Shown here: piece after piece, positions 30,776-40,352 of the stretch
Position numbering within the stretch: position 1 is the first letter of the stretch
Layout of the letters: each line of letters begins with the position of its first letter
Assembly: GCA_013215275.1 (NCBI GenBank)
Contig: JABSRF010000003.1
Coordinates: 1 to 56,220, forward strand
Length of the DNA stretch: 56,220 bases
Direction: 5' to 3'
From: Oligoflexales bacterium
GTDB taxonomy: Bacteria; Bdellovibrionota_B; Oligoflexia; Oligoflexales; Bog-1112
Made by a program: the position numbers and the translations under genes
Notes under the pieces: generated by a model
Told to the model about the DNA's origin: nothing
What the model saw: only the letters and a program-made list of their open reading frames with translations
The model's database searches: none

Positions 30776-31246
30776 ATGGGAGGCCTCAACACTTCAATGA
30801 CACTAAAGATACAGGTATTATTGACCTCCATAGCCCTTTGCTTTGGACTCCAGGGGTGCAGCTTTTTTTGGGGAGAGGAAGAAAAAGACCCTATCAGCAA
30901 GGTGGTGAAGCAAGAATCCCCAGAGCCGACTCCCGCCCCCCCCCAAGATCAGTGGGTTGAGGAGGAAGATTTACCAAGAGGCCCCGGAAGCACTGCAACC
31001 GAAGCCGTTAATGAGGTGATGGATCAGAATATCAGCATAAATACCCGTGATTATGTCGAGGGTCCAGGGGAGTTCTGGGTTAGGGCATTGGCACTAAACA
31101 TTAGGTCAGGTCCAAGCTATCGTTATCAGAAGGTCGGTACCCTCAAAAAGGGCACTAAAGTCTTGGTCCTAGAGAGAAGGGGGAGCTGGATCCGCATTGA
31201 GGCCAATCAGTGGATTTCAAAACACTTTCTTAGCACCGAACCATAA
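30776..31246 (+). CDS. lipoprotein with a C-terminal bacterial SH3 domain
   Basis: 156 aa from the ATG at 30776 (GGGAG SD); the tracked TTG at 30746 is less likely. It has a signal peptide with an LQGC lipobox, a P/E-rich linker, and an SH3b-like segment (LNIRSGPSYRYQKVGTLKKGTKVLVLERRGSWIRI). Confidence 0.7.
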   Translation: MGGLNTSMTLKIQVLLTSIALCFGLQGCSFFWGEEEKDPISKVVKQESPEPTPAPPQDQWVEEEDLPRGPGSTATEAVNEVMDQNISINTRDYVEGPGEFWVRALALNIRSGPSYRYQKVGTLKKGTKVLVLERRGSWIRIEANQWISKHFLSTEP

Positions 31247-31338
31247 AATACAACCATGCCCTTAAGTTACCAGTCCATACATTGCCTTACAATCAGTCCA
31301 GTACCAGCAACAAGCATCCTCTAGGAACCTCGTTCAGG

Positions 31339-31368
31339 TTGGTCAGTCATCATGAGTTTCGGTATAAT
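31339..31368 (+). promoter_or_regulatory. candidate promoter for the 31419-36104 operon
   Basis: TTGGTC-18 nt-TATAAT lies 50 nt upstream of an AAGGAG SD and the ATG at 31419. Confidence 0.45.
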
Positions 31369-31418
31369 ATGCCTATTACCATGAGAGCCCACAGCAGACC
31401 GCCACAAAAGGAGCAGAG

Positions 31419-32453
31419 ATGGCTTGCATGCCAAAGCTGGCTTTCTTGCTTGCATGCATTTGCTTTTCAGAACACGCTTTTGCTTCAAAGGACCTTGAAA
31501 CACCTGTGAGTGTTTTTTGGGGCCAGTGCAAGCTAGAAACCGACCCTAAGCTGGCAGGCCCATTTTCAAGTCGTTACCTAGCACTCTGTATAAGGCCTGA
31601 GTCACATCAATCCATCAGTGCTCAACAATCCAATAACATCAGTCAATATGATCACTACTCGAGAATCTATGCAGCAATCCACACCCCTGGGAATGTAGCA
31701 TTCCATTGGTCTGCTTTTATACAAGGTCAAACAGATGACGGACCTGGCAGTGAAACAAAAATCACCCGCCAAACGGACACAGCAGCGCTTAGCATCGGCA
31801 AGCTAGGGTTAAACCGCTTTCTTCTTTCCACAGGTAAGCAAACAATGGCCTTTGGGCTTGGTATAAAGCCTAAAGGCGCTTTTTTCGAATCGCTTAGCTC
31901 ACCTGAGTTTTGGAAAACCCCTGGTTATAGCGCAACGGTCAGCTGGGACAACCTTGTGGATGCGACTGGTCAGATTTCAGTGGGCATCGCGGATCCGGAG
32001 GAGCTTTTATTCCTTGAACGTGAGTTTAAAAATTTAAGTATCTCAAGCCGTATCATCTATGACTCTCCAGCATGGTTTGGTACCCGCTTTGTTCTATCAG
32101 GACTCGCACACCACAATGGTGAACGACGTTTGGGCCTGGGAATGCTCAACATAGCCCCCAACGGAGCCATGAGCTTAATCGAGTGGGTTAGAAGCCGGCA
32201 AACACCAGACGGAGCCAATTCATCTTTCAAGCAGATCATTCGCTTCACCCTTATTGGGGAGAAGCAGTGGAAAAAAAAGCCCTTTTTCATCTACGATGAT
32301 GTCAGGCATACCCACAGACTATTTGTGATTGGTCAGGAGTTTTACTTCTACAAAAATATGAGTGTTCGCATGTCTTTCGCTTATCGAAAAGACGAAAGCG
32401 ACGAGCGTGAACATCTATTTTATGGCATTGGGGGCCTCAGTCTGCAGCTATGA
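31419..32453 (+). CDS. secreted or outer-membrane protein of unknown family (possible beta-barrel)
   Basis: 344 aa with a signal peptide (KLAFLLACICFSEHAFA). The C-terminal third alternates hydrophobic and polar residues and is rich in aromatics. There is a 4-nt ATGA overlap with the next gene. The barrel call is inference. Confidence 0.6.
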   Translation: MACMPKLAFLLACICFSEHAFASKDLETPVSVFWGQCKLETDPKLAGPFSSRYLALCIRPESHQSISAQQSNNISQYDHYSRIYAAIHTPGNVAFHWSAFIQGQTDDGPGSETKITRQTDTAALSIGKLGLNRFLLSTGKQTMAFGLGIKPKGAFFESLSSPEFWKTPGYSATVSWDNLVDATGQISVGIADPEELLFLEREFKNLSISSRIIYDSPAWFGTRFVLSGLAHHNGERRLGLGMLNIAPNGAMSLIEWVRSRQTPDGANSSFKQIIRFTLIGEKQWKKKPFFIYDDVRHTHRLFVIGQEFYFYKNMSVRMSFAYRKDESDEREHLFYGIGGLSLQL

Positions 32454-35161
32454 ATAGCTTAAAAGTCATCGTGGTTTGCTTATTCGGCCTTTTGATATCT
32501 AGCAACGCTGCTGCCCAACAAAACCATACCCAAAAGTCTACAAGGCTTACAGATTCACCACCCTCAGGCCAGTCTCTCGATAAGCTTGAATTTCAGATAG
32601 ACGAAGAACCGAAGGAGGACAATCAATCTTATTTTCCCCATGTGGATTCTCTTTTTGAGAACCCGACTGTGATTACTGGACTAAGGACAACAACAGAACT
32701 ATTAAACCGCTCCGTTGAATCCCTGATGGAGAGCATCTTTTACAGCCTACTCGATCAGACCTTTAAGGCTCCTATGACCGACAACTTCTACCTAAGCACA
32801 GGAACCGAACGCAAGGTCTTCACCGCAAACAAAGGGGCCTTCGTGGTCGTTGACCGGTTTTTTTACGGACCCGGATACGAAAAAAGGCTTGGGCAATTAA
32901 ACAACATCCCCCTTACCCTTGGATCCCAAGTTCATACAGATATCTACGACATCTACTTGCGCTCAGACGGACAGCGCCTTGAAGAAAAGAAAGAGCTTGG
33001 GAGGTTTCGATATTTTGCAAACAACCTATTTGGGCTTCTTCCTTTATTAACCAAAATACTTCCCCCTTCCTTCAATCCTAATGAATTATACGATCCTTAT
33101 CACATTCTAGAGACCCCATTTATCTTTCCACTGGACGAAGAAAGGTTTAAGAGGATGCTCATTGGCTCAGTCCGTAGCTACCGAGTCTCTGGAGGAGTTA
33201 GCCTACCGATCGACCTAACCCTTGAGCGGACCTCTGATATCGATGATTTTTTGGCGAAAAGTGGTGCAAAGGCTAGCTTACCTTATACGGTTTTTATCCA
33301 AGGTGAGCATCGCATCAATGTTATGCGGCGAACTGATGATATAGCTTGGGTAGGCCTTACAAGATCCCATCGAACCGGTCACTCTTTGGCCGGGTTTATT
33401 GGCAACACCTACTATCTGCTTAAAAATTCATTAAAAATTATTCCATGGGAAGGGGTCCCCGTTCACTTCTTCCCCATTGATCTTGAGCTCTCCAAGTCAT
33501 TGATTAAGGAAAAAAACATTCTGTTCGCTTTTGAAATGAAGCAGAAAATTGCAATCGATGCATACAAAGAAGCCGTCAGAGGTAATTTTAGCCCTGCTTT
33601 CAAACTTAGTAAAAACAGTAAGAAAACTGGTGTGACTTATCATTTTTCTAGTGAAACCGACTCTTTAGAGACCAAGAGTGAGGTCAAGAATAGCTATTTT
33701 GTTTTGAAAAATGACCGGATTGGAAAAACAGAGCAATCAGAGATTAAACTCGAGGATAAAAAAGGAGTCTCTTACATCTTAGAAGGAACCCGAACACTTG
33801 ATCGCACCAATTGGGACATGTTAATTGGCCAAGAAAAAACCATGATCAAAAGCTCAATCACTATGGATGTGGATCGCAAGCAACGATCAAAGTTTGGGGA
33901 AAAACTTCAGTATAAATACGCCTTCAAAAGCCAAAGCCCCTATCACTTACTGTTCAACCTAGAAATCAATGACCAGGCAGTGGATGCTGAGGAATACAAA
34001 GGATACTTAAAACTGCTCCGAAAGTTTACTATGATGCCGCTTGAGGAGCTATTTGAGATCCCTTTTCGCTCAGAAGTAAAGCTAAGAAATTATCGCATGG
34101 ATAGCTTCTTCAACAACCCCCATGAACCACCACAACTTATCCATATCACCCCAACGACTCTAGGTAAGCTCGATGCTCATGCATCCGTTTACTTACCTTA
34201 TCAACAAATCAAACATGTTTTAGCACAGCCCGAACAAGCTTGGTGGCAAGCCATTGGAAAGGCTTATGAGTTAAGCCATGCAGAGATTTTGGAGTTCAGC
34301 AAAGGGAGTGGGCAAGCCTATCTTTTAAATTACGCTCACAAATTTTTTGTAAGCCCTTTGAAATTGATCAATCTCAACTTTTTCCAAGCTGATGCCCTCA
34401 GCGAGTGCTTGCACTTCACTAGTGTTTTAAACGAAATGAAACAAGCTAACTCACCGACCGAATTGCTAGGCTTATTCACCAGTTTCTTTAGCTCAAATTA
34501 CCCCGACAAAAGCGTTTTAGCACTGCTTTACCTAGCTAAGAAGGAAGAAACCCCTCGGAGGGCAAACTTATACTTAAAGCCAGCAAAAAACCTTGATCCT
34601 GCACTCAAAGAACGCTTTCACAAGATTAATCAAAAGGTTTTTTTGTCTGAAACCCCATTTCCCACGAAAAAAAGGTATGAAGTTGCCCAAGACAAGATCA
34701 CCGCTTTCTTTCCTGGACAGCTCAATGATGGAAGGGATAAGCCCTTATTAACCAATATCAGTATCAACATTGATAAGACCTCCGATGTCATTCCCCCAAA
34801 GCCTATTTTGGTGAGGGTTAGAGCCAAGAAGGTGCCATTTGATAAGAGCAGCAGCCTCTATATCAGGCTGCAAACTTCCGGTACCTTACAAATCGGTAAT
34901 TACAACCTTGGAGAAATTGTCTTACAGCTCAAACCAAAGGCTCCAAATGATAAATGGAATAAATTAGAAGAGGCAGAGTTTACCTTTTTCCTGACTGGGC
35001 CTCAAAGCCCATTTACGGGATTCTTCTTCGAACAGATGACCCAGGCGGGAGGAGAGTTCATCTTAACCATCAGTTTATCCACACAAGAGTCTATATGGAC
35101 AAGAAAAAAGACTGTTAAGTTTAGATATGAAAATGGAAATGTATTTCCAATAAGCGAATGA
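32450..35161 (+). CDS. large secreted protein, no recognisable domains
   Basis: 903 aa with a signal peptide (VIVVCLFGLLISSNAAA). It is translationally coupled on both sides by ATGA overlaps. I cannot assign any motif. Confidence 0.65.
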   Translation: MNSLKVIVVCLFGLLISSNAAAQQNHTQKSTRLTDSPPSGQSLDKLEFQIDEEPKEDNQSYFPHVDSLFENPTVITGLRTTTELLNRSVESLMESIFYSLLDQTFKAPMTDNFYLSTGTERKVFTANKGAFVVVDRFFYGPGYEKRLGQLNNIPLTLGSQVHTDIYDIYLRSDGQRLEEKKELGRFRYFANNLFGLLPLLTKILPPSFNPNELYDPYHILETPFIFPLDEERFKRMLIGSVRSYRVSGGVSLPIDLTLERTSDIDDFLAKSGAKASLPYTVFIQGEHRINVMRRTDDIAWVGLTRSHRTGHSLAGFIGNTYYLLKNSLKIIPWEGVPVHFFPIDLELSKSLIKEKNILFAFEMKQKIAIDAYKEAVRGNFSPAFKLSKNSKKTGVTYHFSSETDSLETKSEVKNSYFVLKNDRIGKTEQSEIKLEDKKGVSYILEGTRTLDRTNWDMLIGQEKTMIKSSITMDVDRKQRSKFGEKLQYKYAFKSQSPYHLLFNLEINDQAVDAEEYKGYLKLLRKFTMMPLEELFEIPFRSEVKLRNYRMDSFFNNPHEPPQLIHITPTTLGKLDAHASVYLPYQQIKHVLAQPEQAWWQAIGKAYELSHAEILEFSKGSGQAYLLNYAHKFFVSPLKLINLNFFQADALSECLHFTSVLNEMKQANSPTELLGLFTSFFSSNYPDKSVLALLYLAKKEETPRRANLYLKPAKNLDPALKERFHKINQKVFLSETPFPTKKRYEVAQDKITAFFPGQLNDGRDKPLLTNISINIDKTSDVIPPKPILVRVRAKKVPFDKSSSLYIRLQTSGTLQIGNYNLGEIVLQLKPKAPNDKWNKLEEAEFTFFLTGPQSPFTGFFFEQMTQAGGEFILTISLSTQESIWTRKKTVKFRYENGNVFPISE

Positions 35162-35259
35162 AACCCATAAATCTACCCAAATCAAGCTCACTAAATTTTT
35201 CCTGCTCGCATACCGATGGGGGGCTGGGATCTCAGACAGTAAACACTCATGAGGTAAGC

Positions 35260-35445
35260 ATGTATTATCGCCCTTGGCCTTTAATCATCATCGCATTAAT
35301 ACACTTATTTGAACCGCTTACAAAGGTCGTTTACTTTTCTCTCATGCAACAAAAAAGCCCGATCACCATTATTGTCAACCAAATCCAATCAGCCGATTTC
35401 CCTCATATTTTTGCCTTTTTTTTCTATTTCCAATTGGAGGCTTAG
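35260..35445 (+). pseudogene. N-terminal two-TM fragment of the PilZ membrane protein, terminated after a frameshift in a T8 tract
   Basis: ATG at 35260 with a GAGG SD. The peptide reads MYYRPWPLIIIALIHLFEPLTKVVYF...FPHIFAFFF, then 7 out-of-frame codons and TAG at 35443. The other frame continues as LFPIGGLAIYAVKRW... into the 35484 ORF. Confidence 0.6.
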
Positions 35446-35483
35446 CTATTTACGCTGTTAAACGTTGGAGCCTCTGGGTCTTT

Positions 35484-36104
35484 TTGGGTGTCCAATGCTG
35501 GGCCTTGATCGCTAATTTTTCTCAGCTCACTCACTTTCTAGAAAACTCCGAATATGCAAAGCTAGGAACGATTATTTTTTTCGCTGTTCTCAATACCCTA
35601 GTGGTGATCTATCTGATGGTTCCTGCAGTGAGGATAGCCTATACGGACCCAAGGCTCAGGTGGTGGGAGGCTTTCCCCAGGTACTTTGTGGACTACCCTT
35701 GCTCCTATGGAGCTCATCAGAAGGGATTGATCCTTAATATTTCTAAAGGTGGTTTGTTCATTAAGCCTGAAAGAGAGAGGGAGCAGTCCGGAATCATCCA
35801 TATTAGCTTTATTTATAAGGGTCAGGAGGTAAACCTTTATGGGAAGGTCATCCATAACTTCACTTTTGAAGGGGAGCGAGGCTTCGGAGTAGAGTTCCAC
35901 GAGTTAAATGACAAAGGTAGTCGAGCCATTAAGATGATCATCAAAGACCTAGAGGCGAATAAAACAAAAAGAAGGCCGGAGAGAAGGCCTACAATCAAAA
36001 GCTTTATGAACTGGATGAAACATCTTCCGACAGGCAAGGGAATCTTCCCTGAAAAAAACTATCGCAACCCGAAAACACAAGATCAAGACAAAAAAGCGGG
36101 ATAA
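35484..36104 (+). CDS. PilZ domain (c-di-GMP receptor) protein, C-terminal portion with two TM helices
   Basis: PilZ motifs RLRWWEAFPRY (RxxxR-like) and NISKGG ([DN]xSxxG) are present. The tracked TTG start has no SD, and the frame is open upstream to 35313. It most likely continues the 35260 fragment. Confidence 0.7.
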   Translation: MGVQCWALIANFSQLTHFLENSEYAKLGTIIFFAVLNTLVVIYLMVPAVRIAYTDPRLRWWEAFPRYFVDYPCSYGAHQKGLILNISKGGLFIKPEREREQSGIIHISFIYKGQEVNLYGKVIHNFTFEGERGFGVEFHELNDKGSRAIKMIIKDLEANKTKRRPERRPTIKSFMNWMKHLPTGKGIFPEKNYRNPKTQDQDKKAG

Positions 36105-36118
36105 GTTAAACAAAGACC

Positions 36119-37084
36119 CTATCTATAGTGGGTGAAGGACTTATCAAAGTAACGCAAAGAGGCTATAGGAAGTTTAAAGACTTCCTTTTTTTTAGTATTG
36201 AAGCCCACCAAATCAACCCCTGAAAAATACAACTGAAAATCAGCTCTTTGATGGGATTTGCTCACGATATATAAAGAAAGTAGCGGCTCTTCCTTTGAAT
36301 AGTGCTCCAACATTTTTTGGTACAAGCCATGAAATACAAATTCCGTAATCGCAACTTTCTCTAGCTCTCGTTTAATTGATTGAAACTGCTCTAAAGTCAG
36401 GGCTTTACCGGACTCTTTCTTAAAGCCTTGAGCACCTTCCTTCGCTGAAAAATGCATAGGATCGCCAGCTTTTCTTATCAGTTTTAACTCGGTTAAATCC
36501 TGCAACCATGGTTTGAGTGGCCTTTTTTCACGCAGATCAAAAGGAGATTTTTTAAGCATTAAAGCGAGGTGCTTGCTACCAATATAAACCTTTTTTTGCG
36601 CATCAATTGTAAAATAGACCATATAGCCCACGGGAGCATCATGCCCCAAATAAATGCGCCATTTGGCCAGTTTTCCCCCTTGGGTTCGATACTCAAGCTC
36701 AAAATCTGGACACCCTCGATCAATGCCAAACAAGCTAAACTCAGAGGCTTTATTTGCTAGAGTTTTTTCATATTGATATAGATTCATATTTTTCAGGAAG
36801 GTATTGACGGCCCGATCGTCAGCAAATGTTTCCACTGGATTGACGATCTCCCAACCATGCTCAAGAGGCCTCACCTTGGTAAAACGGGAAGCATCGAGGT
36901 GCTGGTTCTCGTCTCGGTGATAAAAAGTTAATTGGCTAATTTGGCCTTTCTTAGGTAATTTCAGCCGATTTTTAGACTGCTTTTCTACAAGCTCTTGCTC
37001 AGTTTTCCACTCATCCCAGTAAGCGATCAAGCTCATTCCCAATAAGACTAGAAATGCAACGATGAACCAAGACCTGCGATTCAT
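36119..37084 (-). CDS. DUF4340-like protein, the usual partner of GldG-type ABC auxiliary proteins
   Basis: 321 aa from the ATG at 37084, which forms an ATGA overlap with the upstream gene. It has an N-terminal TM anchor (WFIVAFLVLLGMSLIAYW). Size and position are typical of DUF4340. The family call is by context and is moderate. Confidence 0.65.
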   Translation of the reverse strand: MNRRSWFIVAFLVLLGMSLIAYWDEWKTEQELVEKQSKNRLKLPKKGQISQLTFYHRDENQHLDASRFTKVRPLEHGWEIVNPVETFADDRAVNTFLKNMNLYQYEKTLANKASEFSLFGIDRGCPDFELEYRTQGGKLAKWRIYLGHDAPVGYMVYFTIDAQKKVYIGSKHLALMLKKSPFDLREKRPLKPWLQDLTELKLIRKAGDPMHFSAKEGAQGFKKESGKALTLEQFQSIKRELEKVAITEFVFHGLYQKMLEHYSKEEPLLSLYIVSKSHQRADFQLYFSGVDLVGFNTKKKEVFKLPIASLRYFDKSFTHYR

Positions 37085-38622
37085 GCCCTCCTCCTGCGAT
37101 ACCATATGATTGCTCCGAGCAGTAGGTAGCAAAATGGATAGACAAAGCAGAAAAAGCCAAGCACGATCACAGGGGGTTTCGAGGCTATTTCTAGGCCTCC
37201 CCTGCTATCCTTACTTGGTTTGTGTAACGAGACAAAATAACTATTCCTCAATATATAGTTTACGGTTTTGAGTAGCAGCTGGCGGTTATCAGGCTTTTGA
37301 AATTTTTCATTTAGGATAAACTGCGAAGAACCAAATGCGACGATGTAGTTGCTTTTTGAGCCTTCGCTGCCCTTACTCGATCTTACAAGCCCCATCAAAC
37401 TAATAACACCTTGGCGCAAACGACTTTGCTCTAAATTCATGAGGTCTTCTTCGCTAAAGACATCTTTGATCTGGAGGGCTTTTGAATCTGTGACAAGAGG
37501 AAAGTAAACCTCGGAGTCTTTGTTAGCTCTACCGATCGAGCGAGCATCCGAGAAGAAAAGCTGAGCCCCTTGGCTGAATAGGGAAAAGCCCATTTGACTG
37601 TCCGTGTTAAGCGTATTAATCATTGCAGTATTCTGTCCGTAGGTCTTAACCCGAGGGTCTTCACTATGAAGGACAATAAAATCTGAGTGATAGTTCATGC
37701 CATAAGGCTCAAGAAGCTGGTTAATTGAATCCGAAGGCCTTATGGCATCGAGCAAGATCAATAAGGATCCACCCTTTTCAACAAAACTGGATATCTTTTT
37801 TAACTCTGCGATCGGTAAATTAAGCTTCGGACCTGCAATGATTAGCAGGCTAGCAGATAGAGGCACTTCATCGGCTTGACTTAACTCAAGGCTGGAGACC
37901 CTATACCCTTCCTCTCTTAAAGCTTCAGCCACGGAGTTTAAGCCACTTTTAGCTTTTGAGGTGATCACTGGCTCACCATGACCAGTAACAAAGGATACAT
38001 CCAAGGTTTTATCAATGAGAAGCTTCAGAATAGCATTAGAGATGCTTTCTTCATTAAAAATGGTGATTCGCTCTTCCTTACCCCCAGACTCAAAGATAAC
38101 CACATGAGAGTGCTCTAGCTTTCTTGATTTTGCCCTGAGCACGTCAACTTGGGGGTCAACATATTCAATGTCAAAGGGGGCGCTTTGCTCTAGGTAGAGT
38201 TGGATTAATTTTCTGAAATTGTTTTGAATTTTAGGGCTAACAAAAAAAGCGCTTACCTTGATATCCCTTTTTTCTGTGATCAAGCGCTCAATTAAAGCAC
38301 CTGTTTCCTTAGAGAGGGAATTATCCCCTCCCCTCGTCAAATCTAGACTCTGATTAAAGCGAGGGCGATTTGAGAGCAACACAGTGCCCAGTACAAGCAC
38401 CAGCACCATAAGAGCTGACAAGTTTTGATTCGCTTTTTTTGTAGACCATAGTTTTTTTAAGACGCTAAACTCACGATAACCCCAAATAAGCAATAGAATT
38501 AGGGCAAGTAAACTTGATAATGGAAAAGCCCAGCTCAGAGAGGGAAAATAATCTCCCAAGGCAATGGATATCACAAATAAAGCCAGACTCCCGGCTGGGA
38601 GCAAATAGAAACTTGGTCGCAT
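37081..38622 (-). CDS. GldG-like ABC-transporter auxiliary protein (ABC_transp_aux family)
   Basis: 513 aa with N- and C-terminal TM helices flanking a large periplasmic region. It is located after an ABC-2 permease, as in gldA-gldF-gldG type operons. Confidence 0.75.
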   Translation of the reverse strand: MRPSFYLLPAGSLALFVISIALGDYFPSLSWAFPLSSLLALILLLIWGYREFSVLKKLWSTKKANQNLSALMVLVLVLGTVLLSNRPRFNQSLDLTRGGDNSLSKETGALIERLITEKRDIKVSAFFVSPKIQNNFRKLIQLYLEQSAPFDIEYVDPQVDVLRAKSRKLEHSHVVIFESGGKEERITIFNEESISNAILKLLIDKTLDVSFVTGHGEPVITSKAKSGLNSVAEALREEGYRVSSLELSQADEVPLSASLLIIAGPKLNLPIAELKKISSFVEKGGSLLILLDAIRPSDSINQLLEPYGMNYHSDFIVLHSEDPRVKTYGQNTAMINTLNTDSQMGFSLFSQGAQLFFSDARSIGRANKDSEVYFPLVTDSKALQIKDVFSEEDLMNLEQSRLRQGVISLMGLVRSSKGSEGSKSNYIVAFGSSQFILNEKFQKPDNRQLLLKTVNYILRNSYFVSLHKPSKDSRGGLEIASKPPVIVLGFFCFVYPFCYLLLGAIIWYRRRRA

Positions 38623-38625
38623 AAT

Positions 38626-39390
38626 CTACTTCCACTTTAATGCATTGTATGACAAGCATGTCAGGCTTAAAAAAAATAGGGCGAAGACCACAAAGTATAC
38701 AATGTCGCTCACGACTAAGTATCCTTTTAGAAAAGATGTGAGGTGCTCGCTCGCACCAAGGTATTTTAAAACCTGATGGCTTATTCCATTGCCTTTAATG
38801 GACTCAGCAACCGTATTCATGATCAGAAGTAAAAAGAGGCCTAGCATGGTAAATAAAAAGGCGACAAATTGATTGTGGACCAAAGAAGAAACCCACATAC
38901 CAAATGCTAGGTGAGAGCCAAGAAGGACAAAAATTCCGAGATAGCAGCTTAAAAGTAGGCCTAAGTCAGGATGTCCATAAATAATTAAAAACAATGGAAA
39001 GACCCCAGAGGCCAGTAAGACCACCGACATAGAAGCCATCAGGGCTAAAAATTTACCACTGACCACCTCTACTGCTCGCAAGGGAGAAGACAACAAAAGC
39101 TTAATGGTTTTTTTTTGTTGCTCCTCAGCAAAACTGCCCATCGTCATGGCAGGCACGATTAATAATAGAATGAAATGAAAAATCCCAAAAAAGGAGCTGA
39201 TCATCTGACTAAGATCAGGAACCAATTTTCCGGCATCATGGGCACTTCGAGTTAAGCCAACAAAAGCATCCACGTAGCTAAAGAAGAAAACACCCATAAA
39301 AAGCAGGAAAAAAAATATGATTGCCCAGAACTTGAGTGATGATGTATCGCATCTAAGCTCCTTGAGCATGATAGAATACAGTACCCGCAA
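38626..39390 (-). CDS. ABC-2 type transporter permease (GldF-like)
   Basis: 254 aa with six predicted TM helices. It lies 4 nt downstream of the ATPase gene. Confidence 0.8.
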   Translation of the reverse strand: MRVLYSIMLKELRCDTSSLKFWAIIFFFLLFMGVFFFSYVDAFVGLTRSAHDAGKLVPDLSQMISSFFGIFHFILLLIVPAMTMGSFAEEQQKKTIKLLLSSPLRAVEVVSGKFLALMASMSVVLLASGVFPLFLIIYGHPDLGLLLSCYLGIFVLLGSHLAFGMWVSSLVHNQFVAFLFTMLGLFLLLIMNTVAESIKGNGISHQVLKYLGASEHLTSFLKGYLVVSDIVYFVVFALFFLSLTCLSYNALKWK

Positions 39391-39394
39391 CGAT

Positions 39395-40342
39395 TCACCC
39401 CTTGGTCACGTCGAAATAAACATCTTCTAGAGTGCTTTGCTCCCATTTAAGCTGCCTCAACCCACAATCTAGCTTAACGGCTGTTTCTATAAGCCTATCA
39501 AGGCTTAGCTCAAAGCCATTAGCAGGGAGTTCAACCTCCAATGATCCGCTAGACACTTGCGAGCTTTGGACTCGAAATATTCCAGGCCGACTCTCTAAGA
39601 ATTTTTTGGAATTAATCTCTTTAAGCAATAGATCTAAATTTCGCTCAAATTTTAACTGGTAGGTTCTGCTTGAGGACACCTCTGCCAACAAGTCGTGGAG
39701 TTTGCCATCAGCACTGACGCGACCCTCTTTCAGGATGATCACATGGTTGCAGAAGCCTTCAACCAAAGCAAGGTTGTGGGAGCTCACAAGAATAGTCCGG
39801 TCATGAGCGAGCTGCCCGATGATTTGCTTAAACTCTACAATCTGGGCAGGGTCCAGCCCATCCATAGGCTCGTCGAGGATTAGAACTGGTGGCTCATGGA
39901 GCAGGGCCTGAGCAAAACCTAGCCTTTGTTTCATCCCTTTAGAAAGGGTTTTGATAAGTCGTCTTTTCTCAGTCTCCAGCGATACAAGGCTCAGAACATA
40001 GGAGATTCTGTTTTTGAGCTGCTTCGAAGGTAGCTTTCTAATGCCCCCAATAAAGGTGAGCGCCTCCTCGACATTAAGCTCTCCATAAAGGAGAGGGTGT
40101 TCAGGGAGGTATCCTATTTTTCGGGTCAGTGAATAGGGGTCATCATCAAGGTCTATTCCTCCGATCATAACGCTACCACTATCCTTGCCTAGGCAAGCAG
40201 ATAGGATATCTAGGGTGGTGGTTTTTCCTGCACCGTTCGCACCAAGAAAGGCCGTCACCGAGTTGGCTTCGACCCGAAAACTTAGGCCACTCAGGACCTG
40301 TCTATTTCCATAGGCCTTGGAAAGTTCACTTACTACAATCAA
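39395..40342 (-). CDS. ABC transporter ATP-binding protein (GldA-like)
   Basis: Walker A GANGAGKTT, signature LSKGMKQRLGFA and Walker B VLILDEP are present. I favour the TTG at 40342 (AAGGA SD, just after the upstream stop). The tracked GTG at 40393 overlaps the upstream gene by 41 nt. Confidence 0.9.
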   Translation of the reverse strand: MIVVSELSKAYGNRQVLSGLSFRVEANSVTAFLGANGAGKTTTLDILSACLGKDSGSVMIGGIDLDDDPYSLTRKIGYLPEHPLLYGELNVEEALTFIGGIRKLPSKQLKNRISYVLSLVSLETEKRRLIKTLSKGMKQRLGFAQALLHEPPVLILDEPMDGLDPAQIVEFKQIIGQLAHDRTILVSSHNLALVEGFCNHVIILKEGRVSADGKLHDLLAEVSSSRTYQLKFERNLDLLLKEINSKKFLESRPGIFRVQSSQVSSGSLEVELPANGFELSLDRLIETAVKLDCGLRQLKWEQSTLEDVYFDVTKG

Positions 40343-40352
40343 AGAAGTTTCC

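Noticed and set aside
31282-31509. ORFs of 75 aa (plus strand) and 60 aa (minus strand) between the SH3 lipoprotein and the 344-aa gene.
   Set aside because: They cover the promoter, SD and signal-peptide region of the 31419 gene. No independent coding evidence exists.
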